This document shows, one piece after another, positions 39,234 through 50,860 of a stretch of 64,000 bases of DNA (position 1 is its first letter; every line of letters starts with the position of its first letter). Made by a program: the position numbers and the translations under genes. This DNA comes from Nemertoderma westbladi (taxonomy: Eukaryota; Animalia; Xenacoelomorpha), in NCBI GenBank assembly GCA_032718475.1, contig JAUCBJ010008528.1, forward strand, positions 71,322-135,321, given 5' to 3'. The notes beneath the pieces were generated by a model, which saw nothing but the letters and a program-made list of their open reading frames with translations, searched no databases and was not told the origin of the DNA.

Positions 39234-39513
39234 AATATATAATGTAGATAGGACAATATGATAATGCTCTCCATAGCGAAAAATATCAACCGGCCCTATT
39301 GGGGCTCGAACCCGGTACCTAGGTTTCAAACTTCTGGCTTCTTTTTTTTCTCTTTTTTTTTCTTTCTCCTTCTCCTCTCTTTTCTTTCCTTATTTTTATA
39401 TTTTTATATAGGGCCGGTTGATATTTTTCGCTATGGAGAGCATTATCATATTGTCCTATCTACATTATATATTTAATTCACCGTCACTCACCCCACAACA
39501 ATTCATTTATTAT
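39234..39513. mobile_element. SINE-related insertion with a ~69-bp perfect inverted duplication
   Basis: 15-bp flanking direct repeat TAATACTCGAATTTA (39219, 39514). Arms at ~39231-39299 and ~39408-39476. Sequence shared with the tRNA-like insert at 39794-40011. Confidence 0.7.
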
Positions 39514-39681
39514 TAATACTCGAATTTACTTTAGTGGCAGTTACATAGTAGTGGTAGAGGTAAAGCTCTTATTTGTGTGCTTCCATGTCTATTAATTAGA
39601 ATACTTTTAATAATAATTTTATTGTATAAGTATACGATAAGCAAATCCAAGGCCGAGCGCAGTGTATGGTTCCTTACATAT

Positions 39682-42440
39682 TGATAAACAACCGCGACAC
39701 CTATACTAACAGCAGAACTGTTGAACAGACAAATACCCGTATACTCCTCTGTCAACCTAATAAGTTCTCGTCTAACCAATAAGACACAAAGACGTTGTAC
39801 TTTCCTATGAGTGACTGTAAAAGGCCTATATATGATAGCCCACTCCAAAGTGAATAAATCTTCTACCGCCCTGGTAGCTCAGTGGTCTTAGGACACACAC
39901 TCGGCTGATGATAACCGGAAGTTTGAAACCTAGGTACCGAGTTCGAGCCCCAATAGGGGCGGTTGATATTTTTCACTATGGAGAGCATTATCATAATGTA
40001 CTATAACATTTAAGACTGTTCTACTGTTAAGTAAAGGGGATCAGGAGCGTGCTATTACTAAAATGTAGGGCTGCTAAATACAAAACCGCTACTTACCGTT
40101 GGATGGCGCTAATCTGCCGTCCGCTAATATATTTTACTAATTTTACACAACTCCTGCAAAATCGCTTGTTCCTTTCTCTACCGATTGCTCGACAGAGAGC
40201 TAACTGTTCGAATCTATGAACCACGCGGGAATAACCAAAACAATAAACCCGAGTCGGCTCCCTAAGCTTACTTAAGACGAGTGCGAGAGGCTTTGCACTC
40301 AGAGTATTCTTACGCCTAATTCTATCACTATTAAAGCACGCTATTGCCTACGTCTTTTCTAATCGCGAATACTGGGGGTTCCCTAACGTATGTGTGAATG
40401 CGAGAATATTTAAAATAATCAAAATGGTACAGTGTTTGTCTCTACGTGGATAGTACCGCTCTGGGTCTAAACTTGCCTGCAGCTGGCTTTAGGCCAGCAA
40501 ATTACTAGCGTGTTGTGTGTACCGAATAGTGCGATCTAGCTGATTGCCCGCTAATGCAAATAACCGCTCAGCGTGAATAGTTTACAGTACTCTAATTATT
40601 ACTTTAGCTACTCTCCGCTATGCTGCGTACTAATTCTTAATTTTTACTAATCAATTACAGTCACAAATATGTAACAGCGTACTAATTACTAAGAGTTCCA
40701 GAATACGTAATTCTAATTTATTACGCAACAGGTTTCGCTAGTAATAGCCTAAATTGCCGTATTACTTTGACCTAATCAGTAACTAATTGTTGTAACTAAG
40801 AAATAGAAATCAATCAAAGAAAAGGGGGCGCCTACCTAAACATTCACAATCGTAGGCACACTTCAATAACACACCAATCAGCGTCAGCAATCACAGTTCG
40901 CAATTATGCAGTTAACTACTGTATAGCCCACAGTTATGCGACTCACTATTCGTACTTCACACTCCACGTTGTGATACGTGCAGGCCTCTCCCGGGTACAA
41001 ATAGGACTCCTAACTAACCTGATTCCTGCCCCCCTAATACTAAATAGAGACGAAACCTGGATCATCAGCCCCCTAATTACCGTACCGGCGATTGGTCTGC
41101 ATACCACAGCGTGAACTACCCGACCGCAACGTTGACCCCCGCCAGCGTTGCTCGCTTTTGAATCCTCCGCTCTCCCTTCGTCGCTAACCCCCCGATGTGC
41201 CCACCGCCCACTGGCACCTTAGCCCTCCATTATGCTAATAGCTACCGTAGCGGCGCATGCAAATCACAAAGTCTGACAGTCTCAGAAATCCCTTAGGATT
41301 ATTGCGTAGAAAGGAATCACATAGAACCATTAACAAAAGGTAGAAATCATAGTTCCAGTTGTAATTAGCAGTAATCGGTGGAGTTAATTGAGAAACACAA
41401 TCAAGAATAATCGCACTAGCAAAGCATTTTGAGAAATTAATCGAAAATAGCAAATTGCAGAAATACGCTAAAATATCCGTCAAAAATGAATAGGGACAGC
41501 TCAGCAAGTACAAGGGTGTGGACTGTGAGGTATAGAACTAGATAGAGCTCTATCGGCAAACCGCCAATTTATAGGTGATCCGGATGGGGTGATGCAATAG
41601 GGTGACTCAATCGCTCTCCTATTGGCTCTCCAGTCCGCGCTAGCATTAGACCAAGCTGGAAGCAGTTAGTCCAATAAGGAGGCCGGATTGTAGCCCTATC
41701 GCTGCCCAAACCTCGAATTATTACCATATATGGTAATGGATCATGTCCCTGGCTGCTGAATGGCCAGGACAGCGTCCCTATGCTAGCCCTATTGATGCTA
41801 ATATCAGCAAGCACAAAATCCAGGGTCCGACTAAACTTGCTACCCTGGAACTATCTACATATATCCTAATACAAAATTACGTAGGTAGGGCTACATATTA
41901 TACAAAATGGATGGATTCAAATATATGGGCGTTTTGGTTTCCCTATCTAAATATCACCTCGCTATTATACCTTATCTAAAATATTATGCTGCACAACGGA
42001 CTAATATTACGTACAGTATAACGGACTAATATTGCATACAGTATAACGGACTAATATTGCATACTGCATAATGACTAATATATGTGGATACAGCGCCATA
42101 TACCGTAACACCGCTCCAAGGGAAATCATATAATGTTTCCCTCCAACTGTAGAAGAGTATAAGGTGATGTATACAAAACAAAATAAATTTCTTCCAACTA
42201 ATCTAAATACTTGATACTATAAATCCTACTATTTACAAAATATTGCTATGGATATTGCATAATGAATTGCATACAAATTAAATTTACAAATATTATCTCT
42301 CTCATTCAAATTAAATTTACAAAATATTGTTTCTCGTTCTTACTACATAATGATTACTACATACAAGATCAAATATATAAAAAATTTGCTAGGGCAAGTG
42401 AAAGGAGTAAGCCAAACCCGCAGGTTTGTCTCCCCAATCA
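39682..42440 (-). repeat. Proposed 3' LTR of copy 1 (~2.54 kb plus a 218-bp SINE-like insert)
   Basis: Begins TGATAAAC, ends CCAATCA (TGAT...ATCA inverted termini). Followed by a PPT at 42441-42457 (GAGAGAGGCGAAGGAAG on the minus strand). The left boundary is firm; the right boundary is inferred. Confidence 0.7.
39794..40011 (+). mobile_element. tRNA-derived SINE-like insertion in the LTR
   Basis: Absent from the LTR copy at ~58447. Flanked by AAGAC repeats (39789, 40012). Pol III A-box TAGCTCAGTGG at 39875 and B-box GTTCGAGCC at 39941. Confidence 0.75.
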
Positions 42441-42584
42441 CTTCCTTCGCCTCTCTCATAATATAAATTCAAAACAGCTCAACTAGTGTATATGAGTCTA
42501 GTCGAAGATTTCTAAATGCTACAATATACATCAGAGCGACGATGATGTATATATCTAGAGTCTGTCGCCCTGTGCTATAATGTA

Positions 42585-45500
42585 TTATCGACCCGCTCCT
42601 GGGTTCTTTGGGCTCGCTCCTCTCTTTCGCCCCCTGCCCAGATACACCAGTCGTCCTCCAGTCGACTCCGTTGACGGCGTCCGTGAGGCGTCACTCCCCG
42701 GAACCGGCGACGATGTTCCCTGAGCCCCGACAGATTCCCGGCTCGTGCTTCTTCCTCGGCCTCGTCCCAATTGTCGTGCTCCTGTGGTCGCTTCCGCCAA
42801 CTCTTCCTTATGCAGTTGCACTCGCGCCTTCTCCGACGCTCCCTGCACCTTGCGCTGCAACCTCTGTGCTTCTATAATAGAGTGATAGTGGTCGTCCTTG
42901 ACTTGACGCTTGTCTTGGACCCCTCCTCCTGGTTCCTTCCGCGAGCCTTGAGCTCCAGCGGTCGTCGCTGTGGTCGCTGCGATCCTCTGTTCCCGTATCC
43001 TCTCAGCGGTCAATGAACCCACTGGCACATGAGTCAACAAGAATTCGTTGCGGTATTGTATAGCCGCCATCCTCCAATCACCTCGCGCGCGTACCACTTT
43101 TCTAGTCTCCGTAAATACACCCTTCATGATGCGATCGCAAATAGCAACGAAGTTCCAGGTGTACTTATTGTCCATATTCAACTGTCTGAAGTATTCTCGA
43201 ACTACGATAACTCCAGTGTTCTGTGGAAGGTCTTGAGCAGTTAGGATGAGTTCCTGATATTGTGGTAGCGATTGTAGATATGGCTCGTACGCAACATGTG
43301 ATGGGTCTACTGCCCAGAATCCATATCCCGCCTTAAATGGTAACCAACGCATCTGCGCTTGAATATGGTAATCAGCCACACTCTCCCACTTATCTAACAT
43401 CTCCCGAAGTAGGTTAACGCTATGGTTTTGAAAGGAATCATCTCGCAGCTGACATCTCGCGCTACGATGTCCCTTTACCCCACAATATCCACATTGAGAA
43501 ATGAAGACGGTGCACGTGTGAAACGAATGGTCGGTCTCATTACACCAACGACAGACCTTATGCGCCGCCTCTACTACCGCGTCGCACGACTTTAGATTGT
43601 GCCTTGTGCTGCCGCACAATTTGCACCTACGCGCTTGTGGAAACCAGGCCCTCTCGTATATGAGGTCTCCAATCGGTTTCGCACTTCTTTCCTTCCCAAT
43701 GTCTAATACGATGTCGTCCTCTCCGGTCAACGGTTGTCGATCCGGAACAAAGTAAACATCCTCGCCCTTGTCCTCTATCTCCAATATTTCCTCCCGCGTT
43801 CGTTTCGGATATGTCTTCTCCACCGGAAGATCTACTCCGAACACCTCTACTAACGTCTCCGGCCAGCCCTCCTTAACAGGTCTATCAGCCTCCGAGTGGA
43901 AGGGAGTACCAAACCCGCGGGTTTGATTCCCGAACCACTTCTCCAAAGCTTCTGGCGTCGGATACTCCATCGACGGTCGGTCTCCCAAATCTCCGATGTT
44001 CTGTCGATATACTCCTTGGAATATCGCTAATCCTCTCCTTACCATCGACGTATTCTCTAACGACTGGTTGAAGAACGGGGTTAAGAAACGCTTCATCACG
44101 TCGGATTGGATTCCCCCTTTCGAGCGAACGTATTGATCTCCTCCGAATACCAATGGATGACGCTTCAAAACTCGCGCAACGATATCCGCTAATAAACAAG
44201 TCACCGTGTTCGACTCAAGCACCAAGTAATATTGTAGCGACGCACGGGGTGGCGCGCAAATGTTCCAATACACTAACGCTTGCCGCTTGAAGTGGGATTT
44301 GAACTCCGCTCCCGGTGGCGTGTTGTATTCGCCATACGCCTCCTCGTACTTCTTCTGCGTCTTTAACTTAAAGTCCCAATTATACAATAAGTGTGCTATG
44401 AAGCCCATACCAGTCTTGGCAGAGTTGGGATACTCCCTATAAATTCCAATGTCCTGTGCCCATAGCAACAATAGCTTGGTGTCGACAAACGGTCTCGGCA
44501 ATCTATCTTCCAGATCAGTCATGGCGTTGAAGTCGCTCTCCAAATCGCTCTGGACTCCCGATCCCACCTTGACGTAATCTTGGTTGAGAATAGCCTCTCT
44601 AACTTTCTTGGGTAGCATCCTGGCGTCGATACGCTCCGCTCCGTGCATACCTCCTCGCCTGCATACCTCCAAAATCTGCTCCCTAGGATCCTTCCCTTTC
44701 CGATATTGTGTCGTTATGATGGGCTCCGGTCTCTCTCGATCCGCCCTCACACGCATAAACACATGAGTCACACCATCGGCTGCACGAATTTGAATACACT
44801 TGCTGGTCAAACATTCCTGATGGGACCCTCCTTCATTGTCGTAGAACATCACCCTCCAATCCTGCAGTGATTCCTCCGTTTTCCTCCACTGACGCTGAAT
44901 CTCGTCTGATGGGGTCCACATGCGCTCGATAGCCTTGTGGTCATCATATCGGGTATAAGAACCCTTCCTCCTCAGCCACGTCTGGTCTACCTCCTCGTCG
45001 TCTGGGAATGTAGCCACCGCGACCCATACCTTGATGTACTTATCCAACCATCCAAATAATTTGCTCTCCTTCCCCGGAGCTCCAATCTTATCCAATGTGT
45101 CGTAATCTGTGATCTGCATTGGGACATCACGCAAGAACTTCACGCATAAAACTTCCCGTAGACAGTCAACGTTCCAATGATCCGCCATTCTTACCATCGG
45201 CAAGAATCGTATCGCTTCTCGCGACTCTGGATGATCTACTAATATCGCAGGTTCGGTGCCGTCGGAATAATACACCGGTCGGGGTTGAGATACGACCTGT
45301 GGAACAAATCCGGTCACTCTCCTCGTCTCCTCTTGATGTCTATCGGCGGTCTTATTATACTCCGCTATCCTGTTCTCAAATAACTCTTTCGCCTTCACCG
45401 CTCGCTCCTCCTGCCGCAACGCGTCTATGTCGTCCTGATGCTCAGGCGTGAGGCTTCTCGCTCGGTGAGGTGAAGTAAACGCAGTCCAGGGACTCGAGAG

Positions 45501-45986
45501 CTCCAAACCCGCGGGTTTGGTACCCGAGTCCCGTGCCGCTTCGCGCCGCGCCTCTAGATCCTTATAGGCTCGGTACAGCGAAATGGCCGCTGCCGTCTCT
45601 ATCAAACTGGGTGTCGAACAGGGTTTAATCTCCGTATACGGATCTAATGTCGTAACGGTCGGCGTAATGGGTCTCGGAGGTCGCTTTCCGCTGAAGTCGA
45701 TACTGATCATCGGGTTGCTCATCGGGTAACCTCCCTCGTTGTATCTAAGGAACTGGTGAGCTGGACATCGCGTTAATATCGGTTCTGGATGTTGCTCGTC
45801 TAGTCGGTCGGGAATCGCTACGTCTTGCTTATTCATGCATTCACCACACTTGTAGAAGAGCTTGTACACGCTGAAGACTTTCGGCGTCTCCTGATCCTCG
45901 CCTCGAGTCCTCCGGTACAGATGCATTCCGTCGAACTGATCTCGGATTGCAGGTAGAGGTTCTTCGTGTCGTAAATACATATTCAT
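42585..45986 (-). CDS. Retrotransposon accessory ORF3 (1133 aa): DnaQ/DEDDy-like 3'-5' exonuclease domain, three CCHC zinc knuckles, RG-containing disordered tail
   Basis: FYDNEG (ExoI), LPKKVREAILNQDYVKVGSGVQSD (ExoII, WRN/EXD/Mut-7-like), FVDT, W.....P...LQYYLVLE (ExoIII-like). Knuckles CKLC..H..C, CRWC..H..C, CGYC..GH..C. No signal peptide or TM segment seen. Confidence 0.75.
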   Translation of the reverse strand: MNMYLRHEEPLPAIRDQFDGMHLYRRTRGEDQETPKVFSVYKLFYKCGECMNKQDVAIPDRLDEQHPEPILTRCPAHQFLRYNEGGYPMSNPMISIDFSGKRPPRPITPTVTTLDPYTEIKPCSTPSLIETAAAISLYRAYKDLEARREAARDSGTKPAGLELSSPWTAFTSPHRARSLTPEHQDDIDALRQEERAVKAKELFENRIAEYNKTADRHQEETRRVTGFVPQVVSQPRPVYYSDGTEPAILVDHPESREAIRFLPMVRMADHWNVDCLREVLCVKFLRDVPMQITDYDTLDKIGAPGKESKLFGWLDKYIKVWVAVATFPDDEEVDQTWLRRKGSYTRYDDHKAIERMWTPSDEIQRQWRKTEESLQDWRVMFYDNEGGSHQECLTSKCIQIRAADGVTHVFMRVRADRERPEPIITTQYRKGKDPREQILEVCRRGGMHGAERIDARMLPKKVREAILNQDYVKVGSGVQSDLESDFNAMTDLEDRLPRPFVDTKLLLLWAQDIGIYREYPNSAKTGMGFIAHLLYNWDFKLKTQKKYEEAYGEYNTPPGAEFKSHFKRQALVYWNICAPPRASLQYYLVLESNTVTCLLADIVARVLKRHPLVFGGDQYVRSKGGIQSDVMKRFLTPFFNQSLENTSMVRRGLAIFQGVYRQNIGDLGDRPSMEYPTPEALEKWFGNQTRGFGTPFHSEADRPVKEGWPETLVEVFGVDLPVEKTYPKRTREEILEIEDKGEDVYFVPDRQPLTGEDDIVLDIGKERSAKPIGDLIYERAWFPQARRCKLCGSTRHNLKSCDAVVEAAHKVCRWCNETDHSFHTCTVFISQCGYCGVKGHRSARCQLRDDSFQNHSVNLLREMLDKWESVADYHIQAQMRWLPFKAGYGFWAVDPSHVAYEPYLQSLPQYQELILTAQDLPQNTGVIVVREYFRQLNMDNKYTWNFVAICDRIMKGVFTETRKVVRARGDWRMAAIQYRNEFLLTHVPVGSLTAERIREQRIAATTATTAGAQGSRKEPGGGVQDKRQVKDDHYHSIIEAQRLQRKVQGASEKARVQLHKEELAEATTGARQLGRGRGRSTSRESVGAQGTSSPVPGSDASRTPSTESTGGRLVYLGRGRKRGASPKNPGAGR

Positions 45987-46174
45987 ATGGTACAGTCGTG
46001 CGATCTCCTCATCCGGGTCTGCACTAATGTCACATAGTCCAAAGCGAAGTCGTAAGGATACCGCGTGCGATACTCTTTCCGCAAAACCTCCATCCGGTCC
46101 CCCAACGCTCTCATTCTTTCCCTCCGTAATTCCTTATCATAAGTCGGTTTATATTTTCCATTTAGCTCCATCAC
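45983..46174 (-). CDS. Small ORF overlapping the ORF3 start by ATGA; uORF or a broken ORF3 N-terminus
   Basis: The frame stays open upstream to a TAA at 46270-46268, with an in-frame ATG at 46291. Confidence 0.35.
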   Translation of the reverse strand: MMELNGKYKPTYDKELRRERMRALGDRMEVLRKEYRTRYPYDFALDYVTLVQTRMRRSHDCTI

Positions 46175-47145
46175 GGACCGCCCATGGTAGTAAACGTTAG
46201 AGTCTTTACATCCTGGTCGCGCGAATGGTAGCTCCGCCTCCTCTCTGGCAGTAAATCCTCTGCGCGGTTACGCTCTAATATCCTTCTCCATTATGCCTCG
46301 CGTATATACATATATATATCCCAATAAGTGCCGTTACGTAACCAATTACACTGTGGGTAAATCAGTTAGATGTCGCCGAAGGACAGACCTCCCGAACCCC
46401 CCCCCGCCTTCCAGCAGTTCAGGTTCGACTCTCTAGATCCCGTCTCTTCCTAACTAACTATCCTCTAACCTATTCCCATGCATAGCGCAAAACTTTGGAG
46501 ATAAACTGGCCGTGACCAACTCACTTTTTGATGCCCAAACTACTCCCATTACTCGTACTGAACTACAGTAGTTAGAAAGGACCATAGCCACAATACTCGA
46601 CACAATACTCGACTATACCAAACCCACAGGTTTGATAATCGAACATCACACATCCTGCAAACTACTGAGTGGGGTCCATGTACGCCTCTGGTGCTACTAA
46701 CCTTTAGCACCTTAGTTGCACTGTTGGCACCAATCTGTGGAAGTTGCTAAACTCAATTTACACTCCTACGTAATATAGCCGTCACCATGGTTTCTAAATG
46801 CTATTTTCCAGGCTTCACGACTTTTCAAATTACTGTTTATCTATAGACGAATTCTAAAACACGTCTATACACAGCGTCTGGAATTGTCTTGGGTTCACTT
46901 TTCTAATTTTAAAAATTTTTTAATTTTCCCAAAATTTTAAAATAAAATTTTGTTTTGATACCCACCAGACAAAACTCAACGCAAATCACCACAACCCCGC
47001 TCCTATGCATTTCCTTGTATCTGCATACGAGGAATGCATACGAAGTGAGTTGCGTCTAACACTAATTCTGTTTTGAGGCAGGAGACAAACTATAATCTCC
47101 CGTCTCGATACGTGTCTCCTCTAATAACACGATATCTTGGACCGG

Positions 47146-50100
47146 TCAGTCCAAGGTGTGTAAACCATTAGTTTTACACTTCTTTGGGTGTGGACACTTG
47201 CACCTAATTTTCACAGTGACTGTGCGCACTATGTTTTGCAAATCTGGGTGTGTGTGCAAGATCACTCCCGTCTCCCAATACTTTCTCTTGACAATCGGTT
47301 CGGTTATCAATACGTAATCTCCCCTTTGGAGACTCCGAACCGTTTTGTACCACTTTGTTCTGGTAGATATGGTGGGAAGATAGTATTCCCGCCAATATTC
47401 CCAGAATGTGTACGCCACAAATTGTGTCACCTTCCACCTTTTATGACTATATAGGTCGGCACTAACGGGTTCTGATGCCGGCACAAGAAATGCTGGACTC
47501 TGCATTAGCAAATGATTTGGCGTTAATGCAACACCGTCTGGCAACATAGCTATCGGCCTCGAGTTTAGGGTATGCTCGATTTCAATGAAAGCTGTGACCA
47601 GTTCGTCGTCGGTAAGTTGTTTGTTCACAGGCAATGTTTTAGCAATGGCCTGTTTTACAGAGCGAACTAAACGCTCCCAACTTCCTCCTCTCCAAGGACT
47701 TTCTGGAGTATTGAATCTCCATTCTACTCTTTGCGGCAAAAGTGCTGCAGAAATTTCCTTATTCTGTGCCGCTTTATGAGCCGCGTTCAACTCGCTATTC
47801 CCTCCGACAAAGTTTGTACCCTTATCGGAGTAGAACGCCTTTACTAGTCCTCTCCTGGCCATAAATCTCTTTAAGGCCAGGAGCAGAGATTTGGTCGACA
47901 TGTCTGCCACACGCTCGATATGTATGGCTCTACTAGCCATGCATGTCAGTAGCAGACCCCATCGCTTGTGGGTCAGCCGTCCACTCTTTGCCTCAATCGG
48001 ACCAAAACAATCCACCCCTGTGTTCGTAAAGGGTGGGTCATATGCCTGCACTCTCGCTTCCGGGAGTTCAGCCATCTCCTGTTCCAATACTCTGGCGTTC
48101 ACCCTCTTGCAAACCAGACAGGCGTCATACATAGTGCCGACTGCCCTGCTTGGCTGCAATAGAATGAATCGCTGTCTCGCTGCCGACAAACAGTGTAACT
48201 TTCCCGCGTGATGTAACCTCTTGTGTATATCCCATAGAATCGCTCTTTGCAATTCTATTGGGTGACTAGGGATTATCACTGGGAACCGAAACTGCGAGTT
48301 TATGTCGACAGTCTGGATTCTCGATCTATGACAAATCAAACCCTTATGGATTAATGGACTCCATTTTCTAAGGGGTTTATAGAGAACTGGTCGTTGAGCC
48401 GATAATAGATGGAATTCTTTCGGGAAGGCACACATTTGATAATGCTTCAAATGCTTTAATTCCGCTTGATCAATCTCATCCTCTGTCAGAGGTTGTTTCA
48501 ATTTCCGAATTCGCTCTCTATTGGTGCTCAATGGTTCTCTCAAATGTTCCGAATGTTTTAAACAAAGGTACGAAACGTATCGGCTTAACCACGCAGTTCT
48601 TTTACAAATTGTCAGCCAAGAGGCAGACGAATTTAGTAATTTGTCATAAACACTGCATGACTCTAATGCCAGCGACGGTTGTCCGCTAACCAATGGAAGT
48701 TTCGAATCCAAACCCGCAGGTTCGGAAACCAAAGGCTCCATTGTGTCGGTCATTTTCTGTCCGTCACTTACCAATTGTGACTGTCGTCTAGTCTGTAAGG
48801 GTGGTTTTATGTCGTAACTTACCCTTCCTGACCTAGTAGTCACGTAAGTCTGTTGGTCTGACAGGTCTCCGGGCCGCTCCAATGACTCTTCAGGCCGCTC
48901 CAATGACTCTTCAGGCCGCTCCAATGACTTAAGTTTGGCTTTAGACTTTGACTTAGAGACTTTCTCCACTTTGACTTCTGCATCTTCAGGCATCGGATTG
49001 GTCACTATCTTTAGTCGCTCTGGCCAATGTTCCTGTGTCCTCGTTAGAAAATCAGGTCCATGCAACCAAAACTCCTGCGACTCTTCCTGACAGAATTCCG
49101 CCGGCATTGCACCTCTCGAAGTTATGTCGGCCGGGTTCAACACTCCCGGACAATGTCTCCATTGTTCCTTCGTCGAAAGGTCGACGATCTGAGCGCGTCT
49201 ATTGCCCACAAATGTCTTTAGTGCAATATTGTCGGCCGCAATGTATACTAACACCAAGGATGCGTCCGCCCAATAGAATAAGGTCAATGTCGTGTCTAAC
49301 TCCTCAATTATCTGCTTACTTACCTCGACTGAAACTACAGCCGCCTGTAACTCTGCACGAGGGACAGTCATGTATTTGACCGGCATTGTCTTTGATCTAG
49401 AAGTCACAAAGGCCGTCTCAAATTTGTCCTGACTTACCTCTCGGCGAAGGTAGGCTACCATACCAAAGCCGGTGTCACTTGCGTCACTAAATAGGTGGAG
49501 TTCGAGATCAGCTGGGAATACCAGCTGATTCGGAAAGTAGGAACGGGGTACATCTATATTTTTCAATAGATGCAACTCGGCTTCCCACTCCCTCCACTGC
49601 TTTGCATGTATAGGAGATATTGGTTCGTCCCACTCTATGTCGGACAACCAAATTTTTCTCATGCACGCTCGTGCCTGTAATATAACCGGACTGATAAAGT
49701 TCATCGGGTCAAATAGTCTACTTAAAGTCGATAAGCAAATTCTCTTAGTCAAAACTTTGTCTGGGCTACTGGGCTCAAATCTAACTCTTACCTGGAACTT
49801 ATCTGAGTTCGGGTTCCAAGCGAGTCCCAGTACTCGCGCCATGGGGATTGGTTCTACTCCCAATTCAATGTCTCCGCTCCCGCGATCTTTTACCGGGAAC
49901 GATTCTAATAGGGCCTCCGAATTTGTAGTGAACTTGGTCAGAGGAAATCCCCCTGTAGCCAAGCACTCTTGCAGGCCGTGAGCCACTTCTATGGCTTGTT
50001 CCGCTGTGTCCTTGGACACCAATCCGTCGTCCATGTAGAAGTTTCTCAATATAGACTCAATTACCTCTACTGGATACTTACCAATCTGGGCTGTTGCCGT

Positions 50101-50860
50101 TTTCTTTAGAACAAACAGCGTGCCGTTTGGACTATCGCGGGCGCCAAATATCCTAACGTACATCTGATATGTAACCACTGGGCCGGATAAGTCTTCATTC
50201 TCAAACCAGAGAAATCGAAGGCTATCCTGGTCTGCCTTACAGGCTCTTACCTGGTGGAACATCGCCTCGATGTCACAAGTAAATGCGAATCGCCGCTGTC
50301 TAAAACGCAACAGTATTCCAATCAAATAATTATTCAGGTTGGGACCATCCATCAACTCTGAATTCAGGGACATACCTCTATAGACTGCTGCGCAGTCATT
50401 GACTACTCGGACTTTGTCTGGTTTGTCAGGGTGAGTCACATAGTGGTGTGGAAGGTAATAAGTCTGGTCTGTCACTAAGTCAGGGTCCTCTACCTTCCCA
50501 GCAAATCCCTTGGCGAAATAGTTGTTGATCTGGGCGCAATACTTCTCCCTAATGCCTGGATTCTTCAACAACCGAGCCCTTACTCCGTTTAATCTTTTCA
50601 AGGCTAAGTTATAGTTGTTCTCCAACTTAGGTGGTTGTCGACGCCACAACATTCCAACTTCAAAATGTCCAGTCGGTAGTAGACGTATGGTATCTTCCAT
50701 CATCTCCAGCGACCGTTTCTCATCAGTAGACATGGCTAGGTCATATCCACCGGGTTCCATTGCGTCCCTATCCAGCCATTCGACGGTTCTGGCTCCTGTC
50801 TCGAGGTCCTGGCGTATCAATTCCTTCTGTAATTCCTCCTCACTGTATTGGAAAATGTCG
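47146..50860 (-). CDS. pol: BEL/Pao pol: reverse transcriptase, RNase H, integrase (part downstream of the LINE insertion)
   Basis: YMDD RT; DAS/E RNase H; H..H/C..C and D,D,E integrase. The TGA at 47148-47146 looks premature, since read-through gives LD[R]PVQDIVLLEE to 47062. 21-bp x3 SLERPEE repeat at ~48870-48930. Confidence 0.93.

Noticed and set aside
39866-39960. Possible tRNA gene
   Set aside because: A and B boxes are present but no convincing cloverleaf was found. It lies in a TSD-flanked insertion and has a related rearranged copy nearby, so a SINE is more likely.
41235-41979. Short ORFs within the LTR (repeated at 59763-60411), and 57480-57920 in the leader
   Set aside because: No recognisable motifs. 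One is frameshifted between the LTR copies. Repetition reflects LTR identity, not coding constraint.
42585-45986. ORF3 as env or as a host gene
   Set aside because: No signal peptide or transmembrane segment. It is intronless, lies between pol and the PPT, and is duplicated with the element.
46985-47005. Alternative PPT/LTR start just after integrase (GGAGCGGGGT-TGTGG on the minus strand)
   Set aside because: The purine tract is short and the terminus matches the TGAT end less well than 42440 does. Not formally excluded.
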